DNA from: Candidatus Falkowbacteria bacterium
GTDB taxonomy: Bacteria > Patescibacteriota > Patescibacteriia > UBA11705 > JABHMO01
Assembly: GCA_018674305.1 (NCBI GenBank)
Contig: JABHAL010000004.1
Coordinates: forward strand, 446-64,445
DNA length: 64,000 bases
Direction of reading: 5' to 3'
Part shown: piece after piece, positions 28,569-38,970 of the stretch
Numbering within the stretch: the stretch's first letter is position 1
How the letters are laid out: each line of letters starts with the position of its first letter
Program-made: the position numbers and the translations under genes
Notes under the pieces: generated by a model
What the model saw: only the letters and a program-made list of their open reading frames with translations
What the model was told of the DNA's origin: nothing
Database searches by the model: none

Positions 28569-31454
28569 TTATTTTTCAAGAGTTATCTTAATTGTTTCAT
28601 CATTAACCTTAACTTCGGTTTCTCCGCCCCCTTCTTCAACTTCAGTTAATAATGTAGCTTGTTTTAATTTTTCAACCATATCTTCATTAGCGAATAATTT
28701 TTTAAGTTGTTCCCCTTTTGTAGAATAAACTAATTTAACTTGATCCGTTCGAGTTAAACCCTGATTTTTACGAAGATTGTTTATTTGCCTGGTTAACTCA
28801 CGAACTAAACATTCAAGTTTTAATTCATCCGTTAATTCAATGTTTAATCCCACCTTTACGTTTGAAGCTTCTTTAACAACACGATCTGCTTGTTCTCTCA
28901 CCTCTTTGGTGTGTTTTACTTCTTTGACATTAAGTTCTTCCGCAATAATATTTTCTAATTGGTTATCAAGTTTTGTACCTTGATAACGAAGATACTGTAA
29001 TGGCTGTCGAACCTTAATTTGTTTTTCATCACGCGCAGACAATCCAAGCTCCACAACTTGCCGAGCTAATTCCATATCTTTCAAAACATTTTCATCAATT
29101 AATTTTTTATCAGACACTGGCCATTCTGCTAAATGCACTGATTCCTTTTCGCCATCAAGCTTTTGATAAAAACTATCCGCTGCAAACGGCATAAAAGGTG
29201 CGATTAATTTCACAAATTCATTTAAGACATAATTTAAAGTCGCTACTGCATTTTCTTTATCTGCTCCTTCAGTTTTGAATCTATCTCGTGAACGACGAAC
29301 ATACCAAGTAGATAGCTCATCAATAAAATCCATAATCTTTCGCCCACTTTCAAAAACATGATATTCCTCCAAATCTTTCGTCACATCCCGAATTAGTAAA
29401 TTTAACTTTGAAACAATCCAAACATCCAAAACATTCTTACTTTTCACTTTTAACTTTTCACTTTTAACTTCTCCATACATTCCATAAAAATTAACAACGT
29501 TACCGAGCAACATTACAGTCTTACGAAGGACATCTTTAACTGCATTCTCATCAAAATTCTTTGGCTCTCCCGGTTGATTAATTGTATACAAATGCATACG
29601 CAGAGCATCAACTCCATACTTATCAGCAATCATCCATGGATCTATAACGTTTCCTTTTGACTTACTCATTTTCTTTCCATCTTTATCACGAATATGTCCA
29701 AGGCAAATCACATTTTTATAACTAGCACCTTTACCAAGAAAAGTTGAAACTGCCAGCAACGTATAAAACCAACCACGAGTTTGATCAATCGCCTCAGAAA
29801 TATATTCAGCTGGATATTGCTCTCCACTATCAACTAATTCCTTGTTTTCAAAAGGATAATGATGCTGAGCAAATGGCATTGACCCTGCATCAAACCAACA
29901 ATCACAAACATCAGAAGTTCTCTTCATCTGACCGCCACAACCACAACCATATTCTAAAGTATCAACGTATGGTCGATGAAAATCCAACTCACCCTTACCA
30001 TTTTTTGGTAATGCACCTGTCTTTTTCTCAAGCTCGGCAAAGTCACCAATCACTTCAAACTTTTCACACTTATCACATTCCCAAATCGGAAGTGGTGTGC
30101 CCCAATATCGTTGTCTGGAAATAGCCCAATCTTTAACGTTTTCTAACCACTCACCAAATCTTCCAGTTTTAATATGGTCAGGCACCCAATTTATCTTTGC
30201 ATTATTTTTTATTAACTCATCTTTCAACGCAGACATTTTTATAAACCAAGAATCCTTTGCGTAATAAAGCAATGGGCTATCACAGCGCCAACAAAACGGA
30301 TAATCATGTTCATACATTCGTTCTTTCAATAACAAACTACGTTCTTCTAAATCTTCAACAATTTCTTTTTCAACTTTAGAACTTTTAACAAACTTTCCGG
30401 CCCACTTCTGAACGCTTTCAACAAATTTTCCACCTTCATCAACAGTATGAACAAACGGTAAATCATTTTCTAGACCAAATTGAAAATCATCTTCACCATA
30501 CATTACTGCAGTATGCACAATTCCAGTTCCGTCTTCGGTAGTGACAAAATCTGCCTTACCCACGAACCAGGCCTTTTTATCGCCAGCATCCACCGCACCA
30601 GGAAATAATGGTTCATATTCTATTCCCAATAAATCTTTTCCTATTAATTTTTCAACAACTTCAACCTTGTCTTCAAAAACTTCGCCAAGCAATGATTCAG
30701 CCAGAATATAAAATTCATTTTCAACTTTAACTTTCACATAACTGATACTTTCACCAACCGCAAGAGCAATATTTCCCGGCAAAGTCCAAGGAGTTGTCGT
30801 CCAAGAAAGAATGAAGGTGTCTTTTTGATCTTTGACTTTAAATTTGATATAGATTGAAGTTTCCTCCACATTTTTGTAACCTTGCGCAACTTCGTGAGAA
30901 GATAGTGCAGTTCCACAGCGCGGGCATTGCGGGACAACTTTATATCCTTTGTAAACTAAACCCTTCTCATGCGCCTGATTAAAAATCCACCACAATGATT
31001 CAATATAATCATTAGAATAAGTTGTATATGGGTTTTCCATGTCCACCCAGAATGCAATTCTTCGAGTCAGTTCTTCCCAATCTTTTTTGTATCGCCAAAC
31101 GCTTTCTTTGCATTTAACATTAAATTCTTCAATTCCAAATTTTTCAATGTCCGGTTTACCAGAAATTTTTAATTCTTTTTCAACCTGAAGTTCAACAGGC
31201 AACCCATGAGTATCCCAGCCCGCTTTTCTTTCCACATGAAAACCCTGCATTGTTTTGTAGCGTGGAATTACATCTTTGAACGCTCGTGCTAATACATGGT
31301 GAATACCAGGCTTACCGTTAGCAGTTGGTGGGCCTTCAAAAAAAACAAAATTACCTTTAGTCGATTTTTTGTCTAAAGTTTTTTGGAAAATATTTTTTTC
31401 TTCCCATTTTTCTATTAATTTTTCTTCATTTTGAGCGAATTGTGATTTAGCCAT
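28569..31454 (-). CDS. ileS: Isoleucine--tRNA ligase
   Basis: 961 aa. HIGH-like GIHHVLAR, KMSKSKGN, and the IleRS-specific DWAISRQRYWGTPLP. Confidence 0.85.
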   Translation of the reverse strand: MAKSQFAQNEEKLIEKWEEKNIFQKTLDKKSTKGNFVFFEGPPTANGKPGIHHVLARAFKDVIPRYKTMQGFHVERKAGWDTHGLPVELQVEKELKISGKPDIEKFGIEEFNVKCKESVWRYKKDWEELTRRIAFWVDMENPYTTYSNDYIESLWWIFNQAHEKGLVYKGYKVVPQCPRCGTALSSHEVAQGYKNVEETSIYIKFKVKDQKDTFILSWTTTPWTLPGNIALAVGESISYVKVKVENEFYILAESLLGEVFEDKVEVVEKLIGKDLLGIEYEPLFPGAVDAGDKKAWFVGKADFVTTEDGTGIVHTAVMYGEDDFQFGLENDLPFVHTVDEGGKFVESVQKWAGKFVKSSKVEKEIVEDLEERSLLLKERMYEHDYPFCWRCDSPLLYYAKDSWFIKMSALKDELIKNNAKINWVPDHIKTGRFGEWLENVKDWAISRQRYWGTPLPIWECDKCEKFEVIGDFAELEKKTGALPKNGKGELDFHRPYVDTLEYGCGCGGQMKRTSDVCDCWFDAGSMPFAQHHYPFENKELVDSGEQYPAEYISEAIDQTRGWFYTLLAVSTFLGKGASYKNVICLGHIRDKDGKKMSKSKGNVIDPWMIADKYGVDALRMHLYTINQPGEPKNFDENAVKDVLRKTVMLLGNVVNFYGMYGEVKSEKLKVKSKNVLDVWIVSKLNLLIRDVTKDLEEYHVFESGRKIMDFIDELSTWYVRRSRDRFKTEGADKENAVATLNYVLNEFVKLIAPFMPFAADSFYQKLDGEKESVHLAEWPVSDKKLIDENVLKDMELARQVVELGLSARDEKQIKVRQPLQYLRYQGTKLDNQLENIIAEELNVKEVKHTKEVREQADRVVKEASNVKVGLNIELTDELKLECLVRELTRQINNLRKNQGLTRTDQVKLVYSTKGEQLKKLFANEDMVEKLKQATLLTEVEEGGGETEVKVNDETIKITLEK

Positions 31455-31469
31455 ATTCTATATTATATA

Positions 31470-32060
31470 TTATTTATTTCTTATTTTTTGAAAATGATGA
31501 TAATCTACCTTGCCAATCAATTCCGCTCCCCAAAGCCAACCCAGAGATTCAAATATTTTCACTACCGGACAATCTTTAGTTAAAACACCCGGTTTAGTTG
31601 GATCATATACCGCACCTTGTGGTTGAATTAATTTAGGACTGATATATGGATTAATTTTGGGATTAATATCAACGGCTAACCCAGAAGCGTGCGTTGACAA
31701 ATTATCTGTACCAATAATTTTACGATAATTAAATCCTGATGAATTATTATCTTGCATTGATAACTCATCATCCCAATTTCCATTTTTATAATATTTTTTA
31801 TTAGAAATTGGAATAACCTTAGCAATAGGAAATTTATTTTCCAAAATCACCTCAAATATTTTTTTTATATCTTCTATAACAATTTCGTTCACTACTATTT
31901 GACCTGCATGAATTAAATTATCAAAAGAATAATATAATACTCTTACAACTTTTTGAGAGTTCAAAATACTCTCCGGACAATCATTGTTTAAATTAAAAGC
32001 AACTGCATCTTGAGATGTCATTTGACTATCTATAATTGGATTTTCTATTGTTCCAAGCAT
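31470..32060 (-). CDS. M15-family peptidase (VanY/D-Ala-D-Ala carboxypeptidase-like)
   Basis: HASGLAVDINP metal-binding motif. Confidence 0.55.
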   Translation of the reverse strand: MLGTIENPIIDSQMTSQDAVAFNLNNDCPESILNSQKVVRVLYYSFDNLIHAGQIVVNEIVIEDIKKIFEVILENKFPIAKVIPISNKKYYKNGNWDDELSMQDNNSSGFNYRKIIGTDNLSTHASGLAVDINPKINPYISPKLIQPQGAVYDPTKPGVLTKDCPVVKIFESLGWLWGAELIGKVDYHHFQKIRNK

Positions 32061-32289
32061 AAAAAAAAAGCGAAATTCTGCAAGAGCCTAAATTCAAGGC
32101 GGTACCATCTTGCTTTTTTCACTTAATTCACAGCGATTACAGGCTTACCCGGCCAGGTCTACTAACCATTCTCGGTTTTCTTCTGGCAGCGCGTCCTTCG
32201 AAACCTTGGTAAAGAAGGACTTTCTTAGCGATAACTAAGATCAAACGCTTTTGTAATTGTGGTCTAATAATAGCAATAAAATATATTTC

Positions 32290-32330
32290 CGTCAATAAAA
32301 AACGCGCTTCAGTTGTGAAACGCGCTATGT
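32290..32330. terminator. Intrinsic terminator downstream of 32336..33259
   Basis: agcgcgtttcacaactgaagcgcg plus T-run on the minus strand. Confidence 0.55.
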
Positions 32331-32335
32331 TTAGT

Positions 32336-33259
32336 CTACAGGCCAAACTCTTTTGCTTTTGCCAAATATTCTGGCAAAGTACAATCGTAATGAACTGACC
32401 AATTAATCAATCTTAGAAACAATTGAAATTGATTTTGATCTGCCACAATCTCTTGCAATCGTTGGTGATTAGCCTCTACACCTGCTTTCAACTTGGGTAG
32501 ATTTGATTGGTCCCAAATTGGGTCATCTTCATGCTCCCATTTATCTGACATAATCTGAAAAACTGAACCATTCAAACACTCAAAAAGATGGGGGAAGAAA
32601 AAACCAAGTTGACCTTTGACAATCCAATCTTCTGGAGTCATTCCCAACTCCATCCACAAAGCACCACTTTCGAACATATTAATCAAAAATGGATCTGCTG
32701 GCTCATCAAGTCCCAGTGACTCACTGCTCGTCGCCCCAGCTGCCACTCGCAATGTATCCAGAACCCGAAGAAAATTGACCCAATCTTCTGGAGATTCTTC
32801 ATCCAACGTGTAAGGAAATTTTGTCCGTAGAATATCTTTAAAATACTCAGGAAGATAATGACTAGTAAGACCTATCTTGAGTGGAGAAAAGATTCCATTA
32901 AATTCATCTATTGAAATCCCCAAACTTTTTTCTTCTGGAGATTCTACTGCGTTGCCATTATGACTAGCATCATGTCCAAGCCATCTCAAACAAATATCAA
33001 ACAAAATACTCCCATCACAATCTTTTTGATTTTCAAGCAAATAGCACAATCCATACAAAACATGGATTGGACCATGATAAGGAACTTTCTCATCATAGTG
33101 CTTATCTAGAAACTTTTTCACCAGGTTGACAGCTCTAATGCTATTGTAAGAAATACAAGTTTCTGGATCATCAAAAAGCTCTTTCAACAGATAAGCAACA
33201 TGGAGCCAAATTCGATATTTTTCTCTAATTCGACCAGCAAAATTCGGAAAGTTACTCAT
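32336..33259 (-). CDS. Hypothetical protein (possible divergent HD-like metal-dependent hydrolase)
   Basis: 307 aa with H...HD-like spacing (GPIHVLYG...WLGHDASH). Weak. Confidence 0.35.
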   Translation of the reverse strand: MSNFPNFAGRIREKYRIWLHVAYLLKELFDDPETCISYNSIRAVNLVKKFLDKHYDEKVPYHGPIHVLYGLCYLLENQKDCDGSILFDICLRWLGHDASHNGNAVESPEEKSLGISIDEFNGIFSPLKIGLTSHYLPEYFKDILRTKFPYTLDEESPEDWVNFLRVLDTLRVAAGATSSESLGLDEPADPFLINMFESGALWMELGMTPEDWIVKGQLGFFFPHLFECLNGSVFQIMSDKWEHEDDPIWDQSNLPKLKAGVEANHQRLQEIVADQNQFQLFLRLINWSVHYDCTLPEYLAKAKEFGL

Positions 33260-33423
33260 TGAAGACCTCCACTATGTTTAAGAACAATTTCTCTTACGTA
33301 CGGTAAGATTAAACTAATTTATCACTCAAAAACCATCCTGTCAACCCTACTGTTGACAAAAAGAGAAATTCATGATAAGTTTATTGGTAATTTAATGTAT
33401 AATAAAAAAAAGGAGAACTGAAA

Positions 33424-34608
33424 ATGACGACTGAACTGGTAAGAAAAGAACCTAGTTCGTTGACAACTTTAACTGAAGAAGAACAACCCAGTATTTTTTG
33501 GAAATTTAGGCAAATTTTCGAAGCTGATTGGTGTACTGATAGAAAAATCTACTGGTATGATGTCCGCTTCAATCGTACTCGTCTCTGGCAAATTACTCAA
33601 CTGAATCGAGTATCCAAGAAACAAGACAAACTGTTGGGTATTTTTCCTGGTGAACCGGATGTCGACGTTCTTAAGCTAGCAATTGCTGGAGCAAACATTG
33701 AACGTATTTTAACTGGCGTACGCTGGGAGATTTACTCTGACTTTGCCTGCAATCAACTGGTCACTATGGGCCGCTTTGATGTGATTGATTTGGTACCCGC
33801 TGATCGAAGTAAATTGGAACAGCTGTTCAGATCAAATCATGTTGGCGTAAAATCATCAATCAAAGACTGGGACTTTGATGGGATCTTCCGAACTCATATT
33901 TGTCCTAAATGTCAAAAGGCCTACAGTCAAGATCTGCTAATGTTTATCCCTGATTGGATGCACTGTAGCAGTTGTGGTTTTTCTCTAAGTAAAGATAGCG
34001 GAGCCTTTTCTGCTCTGCTTAAAAACTTACTCGTTCAACTAGCCAGATCAAATGAATTCCGCTTTCCCGTTGAAGACAAAACAAATATTCCAGTGGCTAT
34101 TCAACTGATTGACGTACTTCCTACTCCGCTGATTGCCCATATTATTGGTGAACTTCTTGGCGGTGCACCTTTATCACATTCGTATGGTATGGGTTTAGGG
34201 ATGGAGCCTAATGATTTAATCACTTGCTTGGAAATGAGCCTTTTTCACAAAATAAGAATTCCAATCATTCGTGATGGGTTCATTGATTTTGTATCAGTTT
34301 TCTTTGATGAGCAAATTGCGCATTATCAAAATGGTGGCTCATTACCCAAAATGCCTATGCCCGAAATGACAGAGAGTCAACATCGGGAGTATCTTACCAA
34401 AAACTGGAGCGAGACAAAGCAACATTTCGTTGATCAAACCATGTTGCTATCTAGTTTATCTGACTGGTTTCTTGGCCGTAAGGTGACTAAGGCTGAAGAG
34501 TTCCAAAATACTGGCGCTTTTAAGAAAGCTTTACACGGATATGCTTATAATCTGGAAACACTAATTGAATTACTATGGCAAGAAAAAATGGAGGCTAGCC
34601 ATGAATGA
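33424..34608 (+). CDS. Hypothetical Zn-ribbon protein, paralog A
   Basis: 394 aa with shared GRFD and WDFDG plus CxxC...CxxC modules also found in the downstream gene. Confidence 0.5.
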   Translation: MTTELVRKEPSSLTTLTEEEQPSIFWKFRQIFEADWCTDRKIYWYDVRFNRTRLWQITQLNRVSKKQDKLLGIFPGEPDVDVLKLAIAGANIERILTGVRWEIYSDFACNQLVTMGRFDVIDLVPADRSKLEQLFRSNHVGVKSSIKDWDFDGIFRTHICPKCQKAYSQDLLMFIPDWMHCSSCGFSLSKDSGAFSALLKNLLVQLARSNEFRFPVEDKTNIPVAIQLIDVLPTPLIAHIIGELLGGAPLSHSYGMGLGMEPNDLITCLEMSLFHKIRIPIIRDGFIDFVSVFFDEQIAHYQNGGSLPKMPMPEMTESQHREYLTKNWSETKQHFVDQTMLLSSLSDWFLGRKVTKAEEFQNTGAFKKALHGYAYNLETLIELLWQEKMEASHE

Positions 34609-35653
34609 TCTGATTCGTTTGAAGGATGTACGTTTGCCAGCTGTGCCCGTGGAACTTCCACCTCTTGAAGGTGAAGGTTTGAACCATGGTAAATTAATTC
34701 TCGCACCTGGAGCTAGGAGCGCCGAACAAGTTATTGCGAATTACCGAAACAAGTTTTCACCAGAATCGCAACGTTGGTTCAGGCGTTACTACCTAAAAGC
34801 ACATCGCAATCGAGATCGTACTTCGATTCGCTATGCTTGGAACCTTGATGCGCCGTTGACTGATCGCACCGTCGGGGTTTTCAAGGGTGATGACTTGGCC
34901 GCTGCGCAGATTCTGATCGGTAACAACATGGCCGGCACGTCGATGGGTTCTATTTCCTGGCACTTGTGCGAAGATCGAGACGGAGAAGAACCGATTGCTC
35001 TCGGTCGCTTCGACCCCTGGAGCTTGCTTCAGGACATTTCGCCTGCTGATATTGTCCGCTTGCGTGATCAACGAGGCTTAGTCCCTGATCTTGATCGTTG
35101 GGACTTTGACGGTTTCTACATGCGCCGAACTTGTCCTCAGTGCAACACCAAGATTTCTATCAACATGTTTGCTTTCAACATAGACTCTGCGCAATGTGAC
35201 AAGTGTGGCGTTCGGCCCTTCCTATCAAGGGCACTTGGCAACATGCTTCGAATGGCTCTTCCGGCAGTGACCGGGAAAGGCAATCAAATCCTTTCCGCTG
35301 ATGATGCCTTACTCCATACTGTTGAATGGCTTGGCGGAGTTCATGCCGGAACTGAGCATTTGCACCAGGAAGAATTGCCCGATGAGATTACTCCACAAAT
35401 CATGATTGATGGACTACTGAAAAATTCTCGACTTCTGGCTTCTGCGCCAGAAGGACGATTTGCTCTATCTCCGGTTGTAACGGCTCATCTAGCTGATGAT
35501 CATGATTCACGTTCCCTGGTTATCGGTGCAGCCAACACTTTGGCTCGAGTCATCCAGGAAGGTGGCCCATTTACTGACACCCATGCAGCGACTGCACGCC
35601 TACTTCAATTAGTAGAACGTGATGCGCTAAAGGCGCAAAGAGAACTTACCTAA
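34601..35653 (+). CDS. Hypothetical Zn-ribbon protein, paralog B (translationally coupled, higher GC)
   Basis: Start MNDLIRL with a GGAGG RBS, overlapping the upstream stop (ATGAATGA). Shares LGRFD, WDFDG and CPQC...CDKC with paralog A. Confidence 0.5.
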   Translation: MNDLIRLKDVRLPAVPVELPPLEGEGLNHGKLILAPGARSAEQVIANYRNKFSPESQRWFRRYYLKAHRNRDRTSIRYAWNLDAPLTDRTVGVFKGDDLAAAQILIGNNMAGTSMGSISWHLCEDRDGEEPIALGRFDPWSLLQDISPADIVRLRDQRGLVPDLDRWDFDGFYMRRTCPQCNTKISINMFAFNIDSAQCDKCGVRPFLSRALGNMLRMALPAVTGKGNQILSADDALLHTVEWLGGVHAGTEHLHQEELPDEITPQIMIDGLLKNSRLLASAPEGRFALSPVVTAHLADDHDSRSLVIGAANTLARVIQEGGPFTDTHAATARLLQLVERDALKAQRELT

Positions 35654-35659
35654 AATAAT

Positions 35660-35690
35660 AGCGTGAACCACATTGGTTCACGCTTTTTTA
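35660..35690. terminator. Bidirectional intrinsic terminator (agcgtgaacca cat tggttcacgct TTTTTT)
   Basis: Perfect 11-bp stem between convergent genes. Confidence 0.85.
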
Positions 35691-36263
35691 TTACTTTGAA
35701 AACTCTTGGCCTAGCCAAATCTTATTGTCTCGATCATCTTGGTCAGTATGCGATTCTAGCTTTCTCATCAACTTCGTAATTGTGTCAAAATGAACTGGAC
35801 TAAACTCCCAAGAATCAACATCAATCGGACAAGACAAACCATGTGGCTCAAGTAGGCCATGTGAATGACCAAATAAATGCCAGGACCCCTTAAAAGCATG
35901 GTTCCAAGTCCGCATTGCATAGTGATTGAGAAAAATTCGCTGCCTTTTCACTCGAATCTCTTTTTGCTGGCAAATCCATTCCCAGGGCAACTTTTTCATT
36001 TGATGCATTTTGTCATGGTTGCCAATGATCAAAAATTTTCTGCCTGGCATTAGTCTAAACATCGCTTCCATGCGAGCAAAGGCAATCCGCCAATAGAACA
36101 CATCACCCAGACAGTAGACGAAATCTTTTGGCTTAATAACTGCATTCAGATTTTCTAAAATTGCTTCGTTCATTTGCTTAACATTATCAAATGGACGATT
36201 GCAATATTCAATAATCTTTTCATGAAAAAAATGTGGATCAGAATAAAACCAAGTCTCTGACAT
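35691..36263 (-). CDS. Calcineurin-like metallophosphoesterase
   Basis: GDVFYW, GNHD, GHSHG motifs. Confidence 0.75.
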   Translation of the reverse strand: MSETWFYSDPHFFHEKIIEYCNRPFDNVKQMNEAILENLNAVIKPKDFVYCLGDVFYWRIAFARMEAMFRLMPGRKFLIIGNHDKMHQMKKLPWEWICQQKEIRVKRQRIFLNHYAMRTWNHAFKGSWHLFGHSHGLLEPHGLSCPIDVDSWEFSPVHFDTITKLMRKLESHTDQDDRDNKIWLGQEFSK

Positions 36264-36324
36264 TACTTCCTCCTAGGGTAAATGTTTTCATTACAATTTA
36301 TATTAATTTAATTATCTTGTCAAC

Positions 36325-36358
36325 AAGGCATTCAAAAAAAACGTCCTGGAATTATCCA
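36325..36358. terminator. Intrinsic terminator downstream of the CYTH gene
   Basis: acgtcttggataattccaggacgt plus an 8-T run on the minus strand. Confidence 0.65.
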
Positions 36359-36375
36359 AGACGTTGTATTTCTTT

Positions 36376-36981
36376 CTACAAATATTCAGCCAGAAGTTCT
36401 TGCAACTGCGACTGATTCAAAGTTGCGAGATGAACATTAGAAAAACGCTCATCGGTACTTACATCAATTACTCCACACTCCTTCATCCATTCAGGTAATT
36501 CATTTGGAAATCGATTTGGGCGCGGATCACCTGAATCATCTCCCAATTCTATCTCGACCATATACAAGCCCTCAAGCTCGCCACGAAAAACATCGACCTC
36601 AAAAAACCAACCACCAAAGCAAACAACGTAACGAACCTTTTCAACGAAGCAAGTACAACCTTCCACCAGCTCATTGAAAAGTACATCATCAATGTGATTT
36701 TCAAATTCCAGACGAGAAATGATTCCTCTCCCAAGATCATTCTTTTGCCGAGCACCCTTTACCGTCAAGAAACCTTGGTCATCCTGCCGACGTAAACGAA
36801 TAATCCTGCCCTTGCCCACAACATCAAGATAGTACTGCTTAATCTTCTTTCCCAAGCTGAGCTTTTCATTTGGCAAAGAATGCAAAAGGAACTTCTTTTC
36901 ACTTTCTAGCTTCATAATTTCCCCCAATTTAATGAACACTTTCGAACAGACTAATATAACAACTAAAAATTGTATTGTCAA
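36376..36981 (-). CDS. CYTH-domain protein (CyaB/inorganic triphosphatase-like)
   Basis: N-terminal EKKFLL and an E.E.K pattern characteristic of CYTH. Confidence 0.55.
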   Translation of the reverse strand: MTIQFLVVILVCSKVFIKLGEIMKLESEKKFLLHSLPNEKLSLGKKIKQYYLDVVGKGRIIRLRRQDDQGFLTVKGARQKNDLGRGIISRLEFENHIDDVLFNELVEGCTCFVEKVRYVVCFGGWFFEVDVFRGELEGLYMVEIELGDDSGDPRPNRFPNELPEWMKECGVIDVSTDERFSNVHLATLNQSQLQELLAEYL

Positions 36982-37024
36982 TAGTTAGTAAACAAAAACA
37001 CACCAACCTTAATTGATGTATTTT

Positions 37025-37101
37025 TGGTGGACCCGGCAGGGATCGAACCTGTGACCTCCTCGGTGCAAGCGAGGCGCTCTAGCCAACTGAGCTACGGGCC
37101 C
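37025..37101 (-). tRNA. tRNA-Ala (anticodon UGC)
   Basis: A hand-folded cloverleaf gives the anticodon loop CTTGCAC, a G3:U70 pair and a GTTCGATCC T-loop. CCA is encoded. Confidence 0.85.
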
Positions 37102-37267
37102 TTATAGCTCACATCACCATAACGCTATGTTAGGGAGTGGTGAGCAAGACAACATACAAAATGAAATGTTGTATAGAAATACTAACAAAAACATAATACA
37201 TTGTCAAGTTGAAAACTCAAAATAAGATATACACATCTTGCTTTATTATGCTAAAATGTAAATAACT

Positions 37268-38428
37268 ATGGACAAACAATCAGACAAATTTTGCCTCAAC
37301 TGCGAGCTGCCCAGATCGCACCATCAAGATAATTGGCTAAATGAAATTGTTAACCATTTTTTTATTCCGAAATCATTAGTTTACTTAAGTCAAAAGTTTA
37401 ATCAAAAAATCGACCCGACACTAGAAAAGTTTTTTTTATTCTTTAACGAAAATCACTTTGCTGAGCCACAAATAAATGATTTAAAATTACGCACACAACT
37501 ATTTATTAATGAAGCAACTAAATATGGGGCCAAGATCTCGGTTCTAAAAACTAAAGGTAAACAAACCAATAATTTTAAAATACTACTTAATGACAAAATA
37601 ATTCGCTTTAATTCCCTACCTCTAGCTGAGCATAAAAGTGGAAAATTGTTTCATCAGATTGACGACAAACTCAAGTGTAAACAAATCTTACAAAAAAACA
37701 ATTTTCCAGCTGCAGCTGGCCGTGGATTTTGGTTCTGGCAAAAAGGCAAAGCCCTGTCTTACGGCCAGCAAATAGGGTTCCCTTTGGTGGTAAAACCCAG
37801 AAACGGCTCTGTAAGTCGACATGTAACCACTGATATTCAAAATCTTGATGAATTAAAACAGGCAATCAATTTTGCAATTGAATATGCCCCAACTTTTATG
37901 ATCGAGAAGTATTTAGCTGAAGGTTTTGTGCATCGGATAACCATAATAGACCATGAAAAAATATTTTGTGCCAAACAAATACCAGCAAACGTTGTTGGTG
38001 ACGGGAATTTAACCATTGATCAACTGGTTGCAATTAAAAATGCAGACCCAGCAAGAGATGGTTCTTTTTATTATCCATTAAAACTAAACTCAGATACAGA
38101 TTTAAATTTCATTCCGAAAAATAACGAGACTGTTTACTTACAAAAAAATCCCTTCATGAAATTAGGCGGTGATATAGAAGAAGTTACTCAAAAAGTCTCT
38201 GAGGAAAATCTTAATTTATTTAAAAAACTTTCTGAAAATTTAAACATTAAAGTTCTAGGCCTGGATTTTATTTGCCAAGACATTTCTCTTCCGTGGAATC
38301 AACAAACCTGTGGAATCCTGGAAGTAAATACTCTACCTTGCATCGAAATTCATCATTTACCAACTTCTGGCGAAGCGCAAAATCCAGCCAAAGCTATATT
38401 GCAAATGATTAAAAAATATTATTTATGA
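37268..38428 (+). CDS. ATP-grasp ligase (RimK/GshB-like) with an N-terminal extension
   Basis: LVVKPRNGSVSRHV and the downstream ATP-grasp pattern. Confidence 0.5.
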   Translation: MDKQSDKFCLNCELPRSHHQDNWLNEIVNHFFIPKSLVYLSQKFNQKIDPTLEKFFLFFNENHFAEPQINDLKLRTQLFINEATKYGAKISVLKTKGKQTNNFKILLNDKIIRFNSLPLAEHKSGKLFHQIDDKLKCKQILQKNNFPAAAGRGFWFWQKGKALSYGQQIGFPLVVKPRNGSVSRHVTTDIQNLDELKQAINFAIEYAPTFMIEKYLAEGFVHRITIIDHEKIFCAKQIPANVVGDGNLTIDQLVAIKNADPARDGSFYYPLKLNSDTDLNFIPKNNETVYLQKNPFMKLGGDIEEVTQKVSEENLNLFKKLSENLNIKVLGLDFICQDISLPWNQQTCGILEVNTLPCIEIHHLPTSGEAQNPAKAILQMIKKYYL

Positions 38429-38970
38429 TTTATTTAGCAATTGTTCTGTTGATTTTACTTTTCATTGCAATTATTTTTTTGTTTACAATAATATTTAATT
38501 CTCTGATTTTTGGACACGGTATCACCAGTCACTCAAACGCAATTGAACTTCTTTATAAAATAATTAAAGCCAACAACTTGGAAGAAAAAAAATTTTATGA
38601 TTTGGGTAGTGCCTGGGGCCGACTATCAATCAAAACTCAAAAAAAATTCCCCAAATTACAAATATTAGCAATTGAAGATGACCGTCTGAGAATTTTTGTC
38701 TCCAAATTGCTGCAAATAATATTTCGCACAAAAGTACAGTTTTTCCATGACGATCTCTTCAATATTGACTTTAAAAATGCTGATATACTTTTCGCTTATC
38801 TCTGGCATACTCTTCTACCTCAACTGGAAAAAAAATTTCTTGAACAAGCTAAGCCTGGTACAATAATAATCACGCATGAAACATTTTTCCCGAACTTAAA
38901 ACCAAATAAAATAATCACGCTTCATCCAAACAAAAAAAATTCTGAAAAGCTTTTTATTTACAAAAAGTAA
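38425..38970 (+). CDS. Membrane-anchored class I SAM-dependent methyltransferase
   Basis: N-terminal TM plus the YDLGSAWGRL glycine motif. Overlapping start and stop (ATGA). A paralog lies at 42807..43349. Confidence 0.45.
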   Translation: MIYLAIVLLILLFIAIIFLFTIIFNSLIFGHGITSHSNAIELLYKIIKANNLEEKKFYDLGSAWGRLSIKTQKKFPKLQILAIEDDRLRIFVSKLLQIIFRTKVQFFHDDLFNIDFKNADILFAYLWHTLLPQLEKKFLEQAKPGTIIITHETFFPNLKPNKIITLHPNKKNSEKLFIYKK

